A DNA stretch of 64,000 nucleotides from an uncultured Bacteroidota bacterium (GTDB lineage: Bacteria; Bacteroidota; Ignavibacteria; UBA10030; UBA6906). The stretch spans positions 64,001 to 128,000 of the forward strand of contig CAVOYH010000003.1 of NCBI GenBank assembly GCA_963700635.1. Direction: 5' to 3'. Position numbers and translations under genes: made by a program. Shown here piece after piece: positions 11,100 to 20,666 of this stretch; the first letter of the stretch is position 1, and every line of letters starts with the position of its first letter. The notes under the pieces are model-generated. The model had not been told where the DNA came from. It saw nothing but the letters and a program-made list of their open reading frames with translations, and searched no databases.

Positions 11100-11996
11100 A
11101 TGGACACGAAAGATTTAAAGGAGCTCCTCCCGTTTTTTGTTGCCGGGAGCTTAAGTCCCGCCGAACGGGAGCAGGTGGAAGAGGCGCTCAACACATCTGA
11201 GACGCTCCGGAAGGAACTAGGTTTCTGGCGTCAGGCGGAGGCCGTGGTACGTGCCCGGCATGACCTTGAAAAAGCTGGGCATCTTAACGCCCGGGATATC
11301 GTTGATCGTGCAATGGGGGGGGCTTCCAGCGACCGACTTCTTTCTATCGATAACCATTTGCAGTTCTGTTCAATGTGCTCAGAAGAGCTCGCCCTCGTCA
11401 CTCAGAGCGTCAAAACACTTGGAACCGTCAAGTACACGCCATTCAGAATTTTGCCGGGCTGGGCCAAGTCAATTCGAATCGTCTACGCATTTCCGGCTCT
11501 AGTCGTAGTTGTGGCCATGGTACTAATCATCTTCAACAGCACGAACCAGCAACAGCCATCAGCTTCAGCACCGACACATCACCCGATTCCTGTCGCCAAG
11601 AGTCCAGCAGAACCAGCGGCGACGGCCTCATTGTCGTTGACGTATCATCTGGAGGTGCGGTCGACCTCCCACCGTGAAATCCCCACACTGACCCTTGAGA
11701 ACGGGCAGACACACGTAAAGCTGTCTGTCGCCATTCCACACAACGCTGCAGACGGGATTCGGTACAACGTCAGTCTGGCCTCGCACGATGCCAAGCCGCT
11801 GCAAATCCAGGAACTGGTCCGACGGTACGCCTCAGGTGAAGCATATGACTCTCTGCAGTTTGTCGTTTCCCGTAATCTCCTGCCTTTGTCCGGGCAACCC
11901 GTGACCCTTACGATATCGGAGGTGCTTCCACCCGATCTTAGAGGGCTAACCCCGGAGGAGTACTCCTTCGAACTCATGATACGTGTCCTGCATTAA
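11100..11996 (+). CDS. Membrane anti-sigma factor (tandem zf-HC2-like units, TM helix, periplasmic domain)
   Basis: 'ELLPFFVAGSLSPAEREQVEEAL' (degenerate unit), 'HLQFCSMC' (HxxxCxxC), TM 'IVYAFPALVVVVAMVLIIF'. Lies directly after the ECF sigma. Confidence 0.85.
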   Translation: MDTKDLKELLPFFVAGSLSPAEREQVEEALNTSETLRKELGFWRQAEAVVRARHDLEKAGHLNARDIVDRAMGGASSDRLLSIDNHLQFCSMCSEELALVTQSVKTLGTVKYTPFRILPGWAKSIRIVYAFPALVVVVAMVLIIFNSTNQQQPSASAPTHHPIPVAKSPAEPAATASLSLTYHLEVRSTSHREIPTLTLENGQTHVKLSVAIPHNAADGIRYNVSLASHDAKPLQIQELVRRYASGEAYDSLQFVVSRNLLPLSGQPVTLTISEVLPPDLRGLTPEEYSFELMIRVLH

Positions 11997-12033
11997 CAAG
12001 ATTGGTCCGCGAGAAGCAAAACCACCACGGCCG

Positions 12034-14028
12034 CTACCTGACGCGAATGGTAAACTCGTTTGCTAGAGCCGGCTTCTTCATGCTCAGCAGTATCCTCCAG
12101 ATCAGCGTGCCCCACGACGACTGCAGTTGCGAGTCGAGGATCTCTATCGGTTCCACCTGAACGGAGAACAGGGCCGGATCATACACAATCTCAGCGGGAG
12201 TCGCAGTCTTCTGATCCGAGAGACTGCCAAGCACCACACGGCCGGGAGTACCGATGAGCGGTTCTGTGCAGGTCATGAGCGTCAGACTGATCCCGTTCGG
12301 GACAGACTTGAGTTCAGAGGCATCCCGGATTATCACCTCTTTGCCGCGATCGAGTGAAAGCGTCCGTTGCCATGACACCACGCCGGCCTCCGGTGGATAT
12401 GCAGGCGCGATATTCATCGATAACGAGGCAGTCCGGTCATTGACTGTATAGTGCACGTCCTTCGCCGCAAACTCCCTTCCATCCTTCTGCGACACACCAT
12501 TGATCGTTGGAAGGTTGTGGAACGCGGACTGCATCGTCCAGATGGAGTAACGGTCTTCACCGAATGTTTTTGCAGTGTATGTTTCAACCCCCACATCGAT
12601 GATAACGGGTTCGCCGTCTTTATAGATGATAAAATTGCCCACGTCGTTGTGGTTGTGGCTTTCATCATTGTGTCCGCCCTGCGCGGCCAGGTAGAGTCCG
12701 GCCGGAGACCCTGCGGCAGATCGTGCAGTCATCACCTGAATTCCGGGAAACCAGGAATCCCGGATGTAGGGTTCAGCCGGTTTCTCTTTTGCCATCGCCT
12801 CCAGCACAAAAAGGCCGGGCAAGGCCCGTCCCAGCACGCCATGTTGCGCGCGCATCAAACCGTCGCCAAGATGTTGCTCGCGTGCGAGATACGCTCCGAA
12901 TTCCATCATAGGCCTGTCACCTATTGCCCTGCCGTACCGGTAGATGGTGGGGGCGTCCGGTTGGAGTTTTGCGCCTGCATCTGCGAAGTTCAAGAACCAC
13001 GGCCCCTGAATGTGCGCACGCGTGATAAACCGGCCGATCTCTTTGATGCGGGGATGGGTGAATCCGTCAAGCCGACCCTGTGTGGCCGAATGCAGGATTT
13101 CGAGGCAGTCAAACAGTGACCCGCCTGCCCGTGTCCAGTACCCCGGACCCTCATCACACCCGCCATCATCGGTGTATTCTGCCAGGAAACGATCCAGACA
13201 TTCCAGAATTTTGTACACAGAACGCGCACGCCGTTCCGGATCCTGCTCAAGAACCAGCACCGTCACAAGCCAGTTCGAACAGATCCAGGGATTCCAGTTA
13301 TTCACCTTCCGGGTAAGACCCATCCAGAAGAAGTCGTTGCGTTCAAGGTTGACCGTGTTGATCCGCCGGTCCACCTCGTATTGGATTCTCTCGCAGACCA
13401 GTGGGGAGACCAGATCAAGCGAGTCCTTGAGCAGGTAGTAGGTCCAGGCGAGCAATGAGCCGGTTTCGGCCACAAAAAGGTCAACCGTGGGTTCCGAAAC
13501 ATCCGGAAGCCCCGGACCTCTTCGCTGCATCATCAGGTGTGCAGGCACTCCCCAGTAGGTTTCTTCGCAGATTGTCCAGATACCATTGACAATATCATCC
13601 CGGAACCTCCCCTTGCCCTCCACACATTCGGCGATCACCAGTGTGGCGAGTTGTGCCCGCCGTCCGTACGAGAGCGCCTGATACTCGCTTCTGTTGCCGG
13701 TCCGGACGAACCCGAGGAAATCGGTTGCCCTTGGGTTTGTCCACTGTGCGTTGAGGAACTTCTCAGCTTCATGGATGTATGCCGATCGAACACCGGGAGG
13801 AAGAGAAGTCCATGCCTCACGTTCAGCGGCTCCCGGGAGGGGGCGCCATTGCGAAAAAGGCAGGACCATCTGGCGAAGCTTTTCGACCGAGAGTGTGCCG
13901 GTCAGGATGCCCGCGCCCGGGTCAGCAGACAGAGTCGTGGCGATAACCGCGAGCAGAACAACGGCCCGGAGCAAGATCCTGGCGGCGTTGTACGAATGGT
14001 GATGGGCATGTCCGTTGGTCAGGGGCAT
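12034..14028 (-). CDS. Heparinase II/III-like polysaccharide lyase family protein
   Basis: 'NNWNPW', 'DGGCDEGPGYW', 'NFADA', 'GHNDESHNHNDVGNF', 'QSAFHN'. Confidence 0.85.
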   Translation of the reverse strand: MPLTNGHAHHHSYNAARILLRAVVLLAVIATTLSADPGAGILTGTLSVEKLRQMVLPFSQWRPLPGAAEREAWTSLPPGVRSAYIHEAEKFLNAQWTNPRATDFLGFVRTGNRSEYQALSYGRRAQLATLVIAECVEGKGRFRDDIVNGIWTICEETYWGVPAHLMMQRRGPGLPDVSEPTVDLFVAETGSLLAWTYYLLKDSLDLVSPLVCERIQYEVDRRINTVNLERNDFFWMGLTRKVNNWNPWICSNWLVTVLVLEQDPERRARSVYKILECLDRFLAEYTDDGGCDEGPGYWTRAGGSLFDCLEILHSATQGRLDGFTHPRIKEIGRFITRAHIQGPWFLNFADAGAKLQPDAPTIYRYGRAIGDRPMMEFGAYLAREQHLGDGLMRAQHGVLGRALPGLFVLEAMAKEKPAEPYIRDSWFPGIQVMTARSAAGSPAGLYLAAQGGHNDESHNHNDVGNFIIYKDGEPVIIDVGVETYTAKTFGEDRYSIWTMQSAFHNLPTINGVSQKDGREFAAKDVHYTVNDRTASLSMNIAPAYPPEAGVVSWQRTLSLDRGKEVIIRDASELKSVPNGISLTLMTCTEPLIGTPGRVVLGSLSDQKTATPAEIVYDPALFSVQVEPIEILDSQLQSSWGTLIWRILLSMKKPALANEFTIRVR

Positions 14029-14176
14029 GGTTTCCTCGAAGCGATATGGACGCTGGTCAAATGTGTAGGCTGGTACAGTGTACAGGCAATATTATCGGAA
14101 AAGAGGACAAATGCCACCGGGGGAATATCATTGAAGGGGGGAGTGCGAACGTGAAGGATCAGCCATGTCATATTTG

Positions 14177-14205
14177 TTGATTTTGTTCTAGCCCGTCCCT
14201 ATCTT
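14177..14205 (+). promoter_or_regulatory. Sigma70-like promoter
   Basis: TTGATT-N17-TATCTT upstream of ATG 14268. Confidence 0.5.
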
Positions 14206-14267
14206 TCAACGGCTTTACGTTTCAGGGCAACTCCACCTCCCCACCCACCTATCCAGAGGAGAATGCC

Positions 14268-16339
14268 ATGCGGTCACTTTCCCCGCATTTGCTCATCGGT
14301 TTTCTGATCTCGCTCACGGCTGCTCCACTTCCCGCCCAATGGCAAGCTACAAACGGTCCATACGGCGGCACGGTCTATGCCCTTACCTCCAACGCACAGT
14401 ACCTCTTCGCCGGAACTCCCGGAACGGGGATGTTCAGATCATCGGACAACGGCGCAAGCTGGACCCAGACAATAACCGGCCTGACTACTGTCGGCACATG
14501 GACCCTTCTGCAGACAGATTCCTTTCTGTTTGCCGGCACGAATTCCGGGGTCTTCAGGACTTCCAACAGTGGCACATCGTGGACTGCAGCGAACGCAGGG
14601 ATCTCTTCGTATCCAACGAACACGCTGATGTCTGCCTACGGCATGATTTACAACGGCACCATGGGCTCGGGGATATTCCGGTCGAGTAACAATGGGATCT
14701 CCTGGACGAAGTCCGACTCGGGACTTACCAACAAAGTTGTAAACTGTTTTGCGCGCTTTGATCCCAAGTTTTTTGTCGGCACGTCCAACGGGCTTTTTGT
14801 TTCAACCGATTCCGGAACCATATGGACACGCGTGACCCCCGGCCCGGGGAGCCAGGAGATACGCGAACTCCTCGCCCAGGGCACGGATATCTTCGCAGGT
14901 ACGTACAGCGGCGTATATCGATCAACCGATGCGGGAGTAACGTGGGACTTCCTGCCGAACGGGTTACCGGCGGACAGGATCAACTCGCTGGCCGTAGGGG
15001 GAACAACATTCTATGCCGGCACCGAGTCGAACGGCCTGTTCAGATCTACGGACCGTGGCAATTCGTGGACCGCAAGCGGAACAAACATTCCGCTTCCCAG
15101 AATCGACGCACTCCACGCAAATTCCAACGGTGTCTTTCTCGGCACGTATGGTTATGGAGTGTTTCGAAGTACGGATGACGGGGTCAACTGGGTTGAATCC
15201 AACAACGGCTTCTCATCCTGTTATTTTTATGCGCTTCTCGAGAGCCCACGGGGGATCCTGGCCGGAAGTGGAAGCAATGGGATTTCGTTGTCAAGCGACG
15301 CGGGAGCTACATGGGTCCACTCTCACACCGGCCTCTCAAACCTGACTATCCTGGCCCTTTACCGGAAAAACTCCACAATCTTTGCGGGGACGGGCAGTGG
15401 TGTGGCCCGCTCCACAGATGAAGGTCTCACGTGGACGGCAGCAGGCACGGAAATCTATCGCCACGTGCGTGCGATCGAATCGATAGGAACGGACCTTTTT
15501 GCCGCCACCCAGGGGGACGGCGTATTCCGCTCGACGGATAACGGCGACCACTGGACTGCCATGAATTCGGGACTTACCAATACTACAGTGTTCGCCCTGA
15601 CAACCCTCGGAACGGATCTGTTTGCCGGAACAAGCGGCAAAGGCGTATTCCGTTCTACCGACGCAGGAGCCTCCTGGACTGCGGCAGACACCCTGCTGGG
15701 AACAGTGAACAAACTGTTGGAGCATAAAGGCATTCTCTATGCCGGCACAACCTCGGGCTTAGGAGTATGTGTGTCAGACGGACAGCGGAAAAACCTGGAT
15801 TCAGAAAAATACGTGGAATTTCTTACCCCTATGTCTATTCGCTTTACGCCACGGGGGAGAACGTGTTGGCGGGAACAACAAATGGCGGGATATTCCGAAC
15901 AACCAATGCGGGAACAAATTGGACAAACGTCGGCACCGGATTGCCGAACCAGACAGTCGGCACCATGCTCGTATCCGGGTCATCGTTCTACGCGGGGATG
16001 TGGTACCAGAATGTCTGGAAACGCCCTGCCAGTGAAGTGGTCCTGGACGTCGACGAGGCAACCTTGACACCAACGGAATTCAGTCTGCTGCAGAACTACC
16101 CGAATCCGTTTAACCCTTCCACGACAATTCCCTTTTCACTCGCAGTGTCAGGGAGGACCGTGCTGAAAGTCTATGACCTGCTCGGACGGGAAGTGGCAAC
16201 GGTGCTGGACCGTGTGCTGGAAGGCGGAGTCTTGCACAGGGTGTCCTTTGATGGATCAGGGTTGTCCTCAGGTGTATATCTGTACCGCCTGCAGGCAGGC
16301 ATTGATTTTCGAACGAAAACTTTTGTGATCCTGAAATAA
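14268..16339 (+). CDS. Secreted BNR/Asp-box repeat protein with T9SS-type C-terminal domain (two +1 frameshifts at ~15777 and ~15814)
   Basis: Many 'GVFRSTD.G.SW' repeats. Removing two single bases restores 'GVCVSTDSGKTWIQKNTGISYPYVYSL' and joins ORF 15767..16339, which ends 'QNYPNPFNPST...TKTFVILK'. Confidence 0.85.
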
Positions 16340-16354
16340 TCCTCCCCCGGCTCG

Positions 16355-16455
16355 ACCCGGGTTTCCCTGCGCAGAGCACTGAACCCGGGTACGGCCGGCG
16401 GGCCTTCTCCGGCCGGGTTGTGCCTGAACGTTCCCCGGCGGCAAAACACCGCCGG
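16355..16455. repeat. Three tandem GC-rich inverted repeats
   Basis: ACCCGGGTT/AACCCGGGT (16355-16390), CGGCCGG/CCGGCCG (16392-16415), CCGGCGG/CCGCCGG (16435-16455). Confidence 0.55.
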
Positions 16456-16505
16456 AATTCCGAACAGACCTCCTTTCCCCTTTCACTACACGAAGACACG
16501 CTGAT

Positions 16506-18446
16506 ATGAAATTCCCTCTGGCCGTCGGTTGTTGGCTCGTTACGATGTTCCCTTCATACGCCCAGCCCGTAACGGTCTTTTCCCCGGACTCAAATCTGGT
16601 ATTCACATTTGTGATCGATACCACGCCGGCTGAACAGAATTGTTTGTTCTATTCCCTGTCGTACAAGAACAGGGACGTGGTACTCCCCTCAAGGCTCGGG
16701 CTGGTCACCGTCGACATTCCGTCCTGGACCAGCGGGTTTTCGCTCGCCGGTCTTGCGCGCCGGTCCCACGATGAGATCTGGACACCGGTGTACGGCGAAA
16801 GAAACAAAGTAAGAGATACCTATAACGAATGTGTCCTCCATCTGATCAGGGACAATGACACGAACAACGTGTTGCAGCTTGTCGTCCGCGTCTATAACGA
16901 AGGTGCGGCGTTTTGCTACAACTTTCCGGAGAATCTCTCTACGTCCATCCTCCATATCAAAGACGAAAGAACCGAATTTACGTTTGAGAACGGAACGATG
17001 GCATACGTCACTCCCTTCGCCCAGGAGTTGTACTATCTCAGGCCATTACACGACTGGAACTACGGTCCTGACTTTCCCCTCCCGCGGTGGTCACCCAGAA
17101 CTCCTGAGTATGAGAGCGAACGGCCGCTGACATTGGTGCTGCCGAATGGTCTGTATGCTGCGATCGGAGAGGCACGCCTGGTAGACTACGCGCGTATGAA
17201 GTTCACACTTTCTACGGAGAAGAAGAACACCATCACAGCCCGGCTGTTCGGACCGGTCACAGAATCTTCCCCCTTGAAAACACCCTGGCGCGTGATCATG
17301 GTAGCAGAAACACCGGGGGCGTTGCTGGAGCAGAACGATCTGTTTCTGAATCTTAATCCGCCCTGTGCGATTCAGAACACCGACTGGATAAAGCCGGGCA
17401 AGGTGCTCAGGGAGATCACACTCTCGACGGCGGGCGCTGAAGCGTGCGTGGACTTCTGCGCGAAGCACAACATTCAATACGTGGAGTTTGATGCTGGCTG
17501 GTATGGCTACGAATACTCCAAAGACTCCGACGCGTCCCGCGTAGATGTTGACCCCCGGAGGAATCCACGGAAGGACCTGGATCTGATGCGGATCATTTCG
17601 TATGCCCGGGACAAAAACGTGGGTGTTTTTCTTTATGTGAACCACCGGGCACTGGAGAAGCAGATGGATGACATCTTCCCGCTCTTTCAACAATGGGGCA
17701 TTGCGGGTGTAAAATTTGGCTTCGTCCATGTGGGCTCACACAAGTGGACGTCCTGGGTCCACGAGGCCGTCCGAAAGGCGGCAAAATACCATCTGATGGT
17801 GGACATCCATGATGAGTACCGCCCTACCGGGGTCAGCAGGACCTGGCCGAATCTGCTCACCCAGGAAGGCGTTTATGGGAATGAATGTATGCCGGAGGCC
17901 GACCACAACACTATTCTGCCCTTCACGCGGTTTCTGGCCGGGGCGGCCGATTACACCATCTGCTACTATCATCAGTCGGGGATAAAAAACGTCAAAGGGA
18001 TCAGAACCACCTCAGCCCATCAGCTGGCGCTGTCGGTGATATTCTACAGCCCGCTGCAGTTTGTATTCTGGTACGACAAGCCATCGGATTACCAGGGTGA
18101 GCCGGAGATGGAGTTCTTTGAGCATCTCCCGACGGTATGGGACACAACGAAGGTGGTGCTCGGTGAGATCGGGAAGTACGCTGCCATCGCACGGCGGAGC
18201 GGAGAGACGTGGTTTGTCGGGGCCATCACCAACAACGACGCACGGCGGCTGTCTGTTCCCCTGACGTTCCTCAACGAAGGAAAGGAGTATGTCGCCTCAC
18301 TGTATACCGATGGCGGGAACGAGATACCGACCCGCACTCAGGTGAACATTGAACGGTTCACGGTTACATCAGCTTCTGTGATCGAGGCCGCTCTGAAGCC
18401 TTCGGGAGGGATGGCCATAGAGATCCGGCCGGCGGAGAGAGAGTAA
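16506..18446 (+). CDS. Glycoside hydrolase family 97 (alpha-glucosidase/galactosidase)
   Basis: 'TPWRVIMVA', 'LNLNPP', 'WIKPGK', 'DAGWY', 'HDEYRPTGVSRTWPNLLTQEG', 'LPFTRFLAGAADYT', 'PTVWDTT'. Confidence 0.92.
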   Translation: MKFPLAVGCWLVTMFPSYAQPVTVFSPDSNLVFTFVIDTTPAEQNCLFYSLSYKNRDVVLPSRLGLVTVDIPSWTSGFSLAGLARRSHDEIWTPVYGERNKVRDTYNECVLHLIRDNDTNNVLQLVVRVYNEGAAFCYNFPENLSTSILHIKDERTEFTFENGTMAYVTPFAQELYYLRPLHDWNYGPDFPLPRWSPRTPEYESERPLTLVLPNGLYAAIGEARLVDYARMKFTLSTEKKNTITARLFGPVTESSPLKTPWRVIMVAETPGALLEQNDLFLNLNPPCAIQNTDWIKPGKVLREITLSTAGAEACVDFCAKHNIQYVEFDAGWYGYEYSKDSDASRVDVDPRRNPRKDLDLMRIISYARDKNVGVFLYVNHRALEKQMDDIFPLFQQWGIAGVKFGFVHVGSHKWTSWVHEAVRKAAKYHLMVDIHDEYRPTGVSRTWPNLLTQEGVYGNECMPEADHNTILPFTRFLAGAADYTICYYHQSGIKNVKGIRTTSAHQLALSVIFYSPLQFVFWYDKPSDYQGEPEMEFFEHLPTVWDTTKVVLGEIGKYAAIARRSGETWFVGAITNNDARRLSVPLTFLNEGKEYVASLYTDGGNEIPTRTQVNIERFTVTSASVIEAALKPSGGMAIEIRPAERE

Positions 18447-18464
18447 GGCGGACCGGATTTCCCC

Positions 18465-18977
18465 TCACGGGTGTGCATCATTCATCCGGGTGAAATCAAT
18501 CCCGGCAGAATGACATCCGATACATCCAATGCCCTTCGTGGAAGCCGGGGCTTTCGGAATACCCGCGTCATCCGTCTCAGACCACACCCACCCGCCGGCA
18601 GCGGCATTTGAAGCAGCACGGAGTTTGAACATGTAGGCAACGGTCGTTCGTACGGTGCCGGTGTACAGATCCTTGACTATCAGCGATGAGTCGGGGAAGC
18701 TGGCGCCGGACCTCACGCGGCCGGCAGCGTCAAGCTGGGTGGCAGCGCGGGTATTATACCGCACACGCAGGCGTGATTCATGAGCCGAGTTTCCGCCGCT
18801 GAAGAGTGTGTCTGTTGTGTTACCAAAAAACGCCCATCCCGATGCGGGTTTCTGCATGGCAAACAGCTGTGCGTCGGTTACCACCGGCGCCGCCAGCTCC
18901 GTATTCGTTCCACTGTCTTTGCAACCGGCCAGAACAAAGACCAGGCCGATAACAGTTACTATTTTTCCTGCACCCAT
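18465..18977 (-). CDS. Cytochrome P460-like c-type heme lipoprotein
   Basis: Lipobox 'VLAG-C'; 'FPDSSLIVKDLY', 'YMFK', 'GGWVW'; C-terminal CxxCH 'CIGCH'. Start set at MGAGK. Confidence 0.7.
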   Translation of the reverse strand: MGAGKIVTVIGLVFVLAGCKDSGTNTELAAPVVTDAQLFAMQKPASGWAFFGNTTDTLFSGGNSAHESRLRVRYNTRAATQLDAAGRVRSGASFPDSSLIVKDLYTGTVRTTVAYMFKLRAASNAAAGGWVWSETDDAGIPKAPASTKGIGCIGCHSAGIDFTRMNDAHP

Positions 18978-19151
18978 TTGCACCCTCCGCCTTATCGATG
19001 AGAAGATCTTTCGTTGACGCCGCATCTTCTGGACCGCCCCGGACAAGAGTAAGAACGCCGGCGGCGCAGAATCAGTTTCATAAGAGCTGGGTCTCGTTCT
19101 GCACAGGCACCCGGAGCCCCTTCGTTTCACTTACAAAACCGTGTTTCACCC

Positions 19152-19180
19152 TTGCATCTGCCCCCCTCCTATGGTATCTT
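19152..19180 (+). promoter_or_regulatory. Sigma70-like promoter of the mtaB-like gene
   Basis: TTGCAT-N17-TATCTT, then AGGAGA before ATG 19219. Confidence 0.55.
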
Positions 19181-19218
19181 TTTATTCCCCCATCACTCAC
19201 AGGAGACGGACACGCCCG

Positions 19219-20592
19219 ATGCGAACACACTACACTGCGCTTACCATTACCGATCCGGACGCCCTGATCTTCGGCACAGCCCCCCACCCTGTTTCATGCG
19301 GATTCGGCCTGCGTATTGGTGCGGGAGAAGTGTATCCGGAACTCAACTTCACCCTCCCGACCATGACCATCGAAGCCTCCACATGGAAGGAAGTCGTGGC
19401 TCATTATCAGGAAGTCGGCGACATGGTCGTAAAGGCCGCAAAAAGACTTCAGCTGCCAGGGCTTGTTATTGAATTCGAGCTCCTGCCGCCCATGACAGAA
19501 ACACCGGCCTGGGGGGCGGAAATAACCCGCGTGCTCCATGGCGCCCTGGAACAGGCACACCAGAAGTACGGACTACCCTGTGCGCTCCGCGTCACCCCGA
19601 CCGACGTAAGGGACAGGCAGCGTCCGCCCCTCCTGCGCTCAGGTGAGGATTGTGATGTGTTGCTGGAATCTTTTGAACAGTGTTCACTTGCCGGCGCTCA
19701 TATCCTCTCTGTCGAATCGGTGGGCGGGAAGGAAGTCCACGATGAGGCGCTTCTGTATGGCGATGTCCGGGGCGCGCTGTTCGCCCTGGGAGTGCTTGCA
19801 CCGCGGGATATGGAATGGCTCTGGAAGAGGATCGTGGAGGTTGCGGAACGGCATAAGGTGATTCCGGGTGCCGATTCCGCATGCGGCTTTGCCAACACGG
19901 CGATGCAGCTCGCAGGTCAGGGTATGCTCCCGGAGGTCCTGGCGGCCGTGATCCGCGCCGCGAGTGTGGTGCGAAGTCTTGTTGCGTATCAGTGTGGCGC
20001 GGTCGGACCGTCCAAAGACTGCGCCTATGAAGGTCCTGTGCTCAAGGCAATCACCGGAACGCCGATCGCGATGGAAGGCAAATCCGCGAGTTGCGCCCAT
20101 TTTAGTCCGGTCGGCAATGTCGCGGCTGCCATGTGTGACCTCTGGAGCAACGAATCGGTTCAGAATGTGCGCCTGCTCTCGGGCTCCGCCCCCGAGGCAT
20201 TTCTCGAATTACTCGCCTACGATTGCCGTCTCTTCAATGAAGCCACCCGGCAGAAAAAGGCGCTGGATTACCGCTCACTCCTGGTCCAGTCCGATATCGG
20301 ATTAAGTCCACAGGCCCTGATTCTCTCCCCGGAATCGACGATCGAAATCGCCCGCGCTATCGTGAGCCAACCTGATCCGTATCATCAGACGGTGGCCGCA
20401 GCCCGCGTCTCGGTTGACATCATTACCCGTGCGACAAAACAAAAAGCGCTCACGCTGGTCCGCCGTGAACAGGAGTGGCTGGACAAGATCAGCGTGGCGC
20501 TGGATGACATGCCGGAGAAAGAGGAATCACTTCTCGCGGAGATGGCCGGGACATACGCGCATCGGTTCAAGCCGTCAAGCTACGGAATGTGA
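19219..20592 (+). CDS. mtaB: Methanol:corrinoid methyltransferase MtaB family protein
   Basis: 'PELNF', 'SVESVGGKEVHD', 'DSACGFANTAM', 'GPSKDCAYEGP', 'MEGKSASCAH', 'DLWSNESVQ'. The Glu/Cys/Cys zinc-ligand positions appear present. Confidence 0.85.
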   Translation: MRTHYTALTITDPDALIFGTAPHPVSCGFGLRIGAGEVYPELNFTLPTMTIEASTWKEVVAHYQEVGDMVVKAAKRLQLPGLVIEFELLPPMTETPAWGAEITRVLHGALEQAHQKYGLPCALRVTPTDVRDRQRPPLLRSGEDCDVLLESFEQCSLAGAHILSVESVGGKEVHDEALLYGDVRGALFALGVLAPRDMEWLWKRIVEVAERHKVIPGADSACGFANTAMQLAGQGMLPEVLAAVIRAASVVRSLVAYQCGAVGPSKDCAYEGPVLKAITGTPIAMEGKSASCAHFSPVGNVAAAMCDLWSNESVQNVRLLSGSAPEAFLELLAYDCRLFNEATRQKKALDYRSLLVQSDIGLSPQALILSPESTIEIARAIVSQPDPYHQTVAAARVSVDIITRATKQKALTLVRREQEWLDKISVALDDMPEKEESLLAEMAGTYAHRFKPSSYGM

Positions 20593-20606
20593 GACTCACT
20601 ACACGC

Positions 20607-20638
20607 GCGTGCCGGTCCCGACTACGGAACCGGCACGC
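20607..20638. terminator. Hairpin between convergent mtaB and catalase
   Basis: GCGTGCCGGT...ACCGGCACGC stem; no clear U-tract. Confidence 0.5.
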
Positions 20639-20666
20639 CGCTGGCACTCCACAGAATTGAGATAGA

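Noticed and set aside
6360-16000. Programmed frameshifting or phase variation in the split genes
   Set aside because: No long homopolymer or SSR tracts or slippery heptamers at most breakpoints; sequencing error is simpler.
14268-16000. DNA-level tandem repeat array
   Set aside because: The periodicity is the degenerate protein-level BNR/Asp-box repeat of a beta-propeller.
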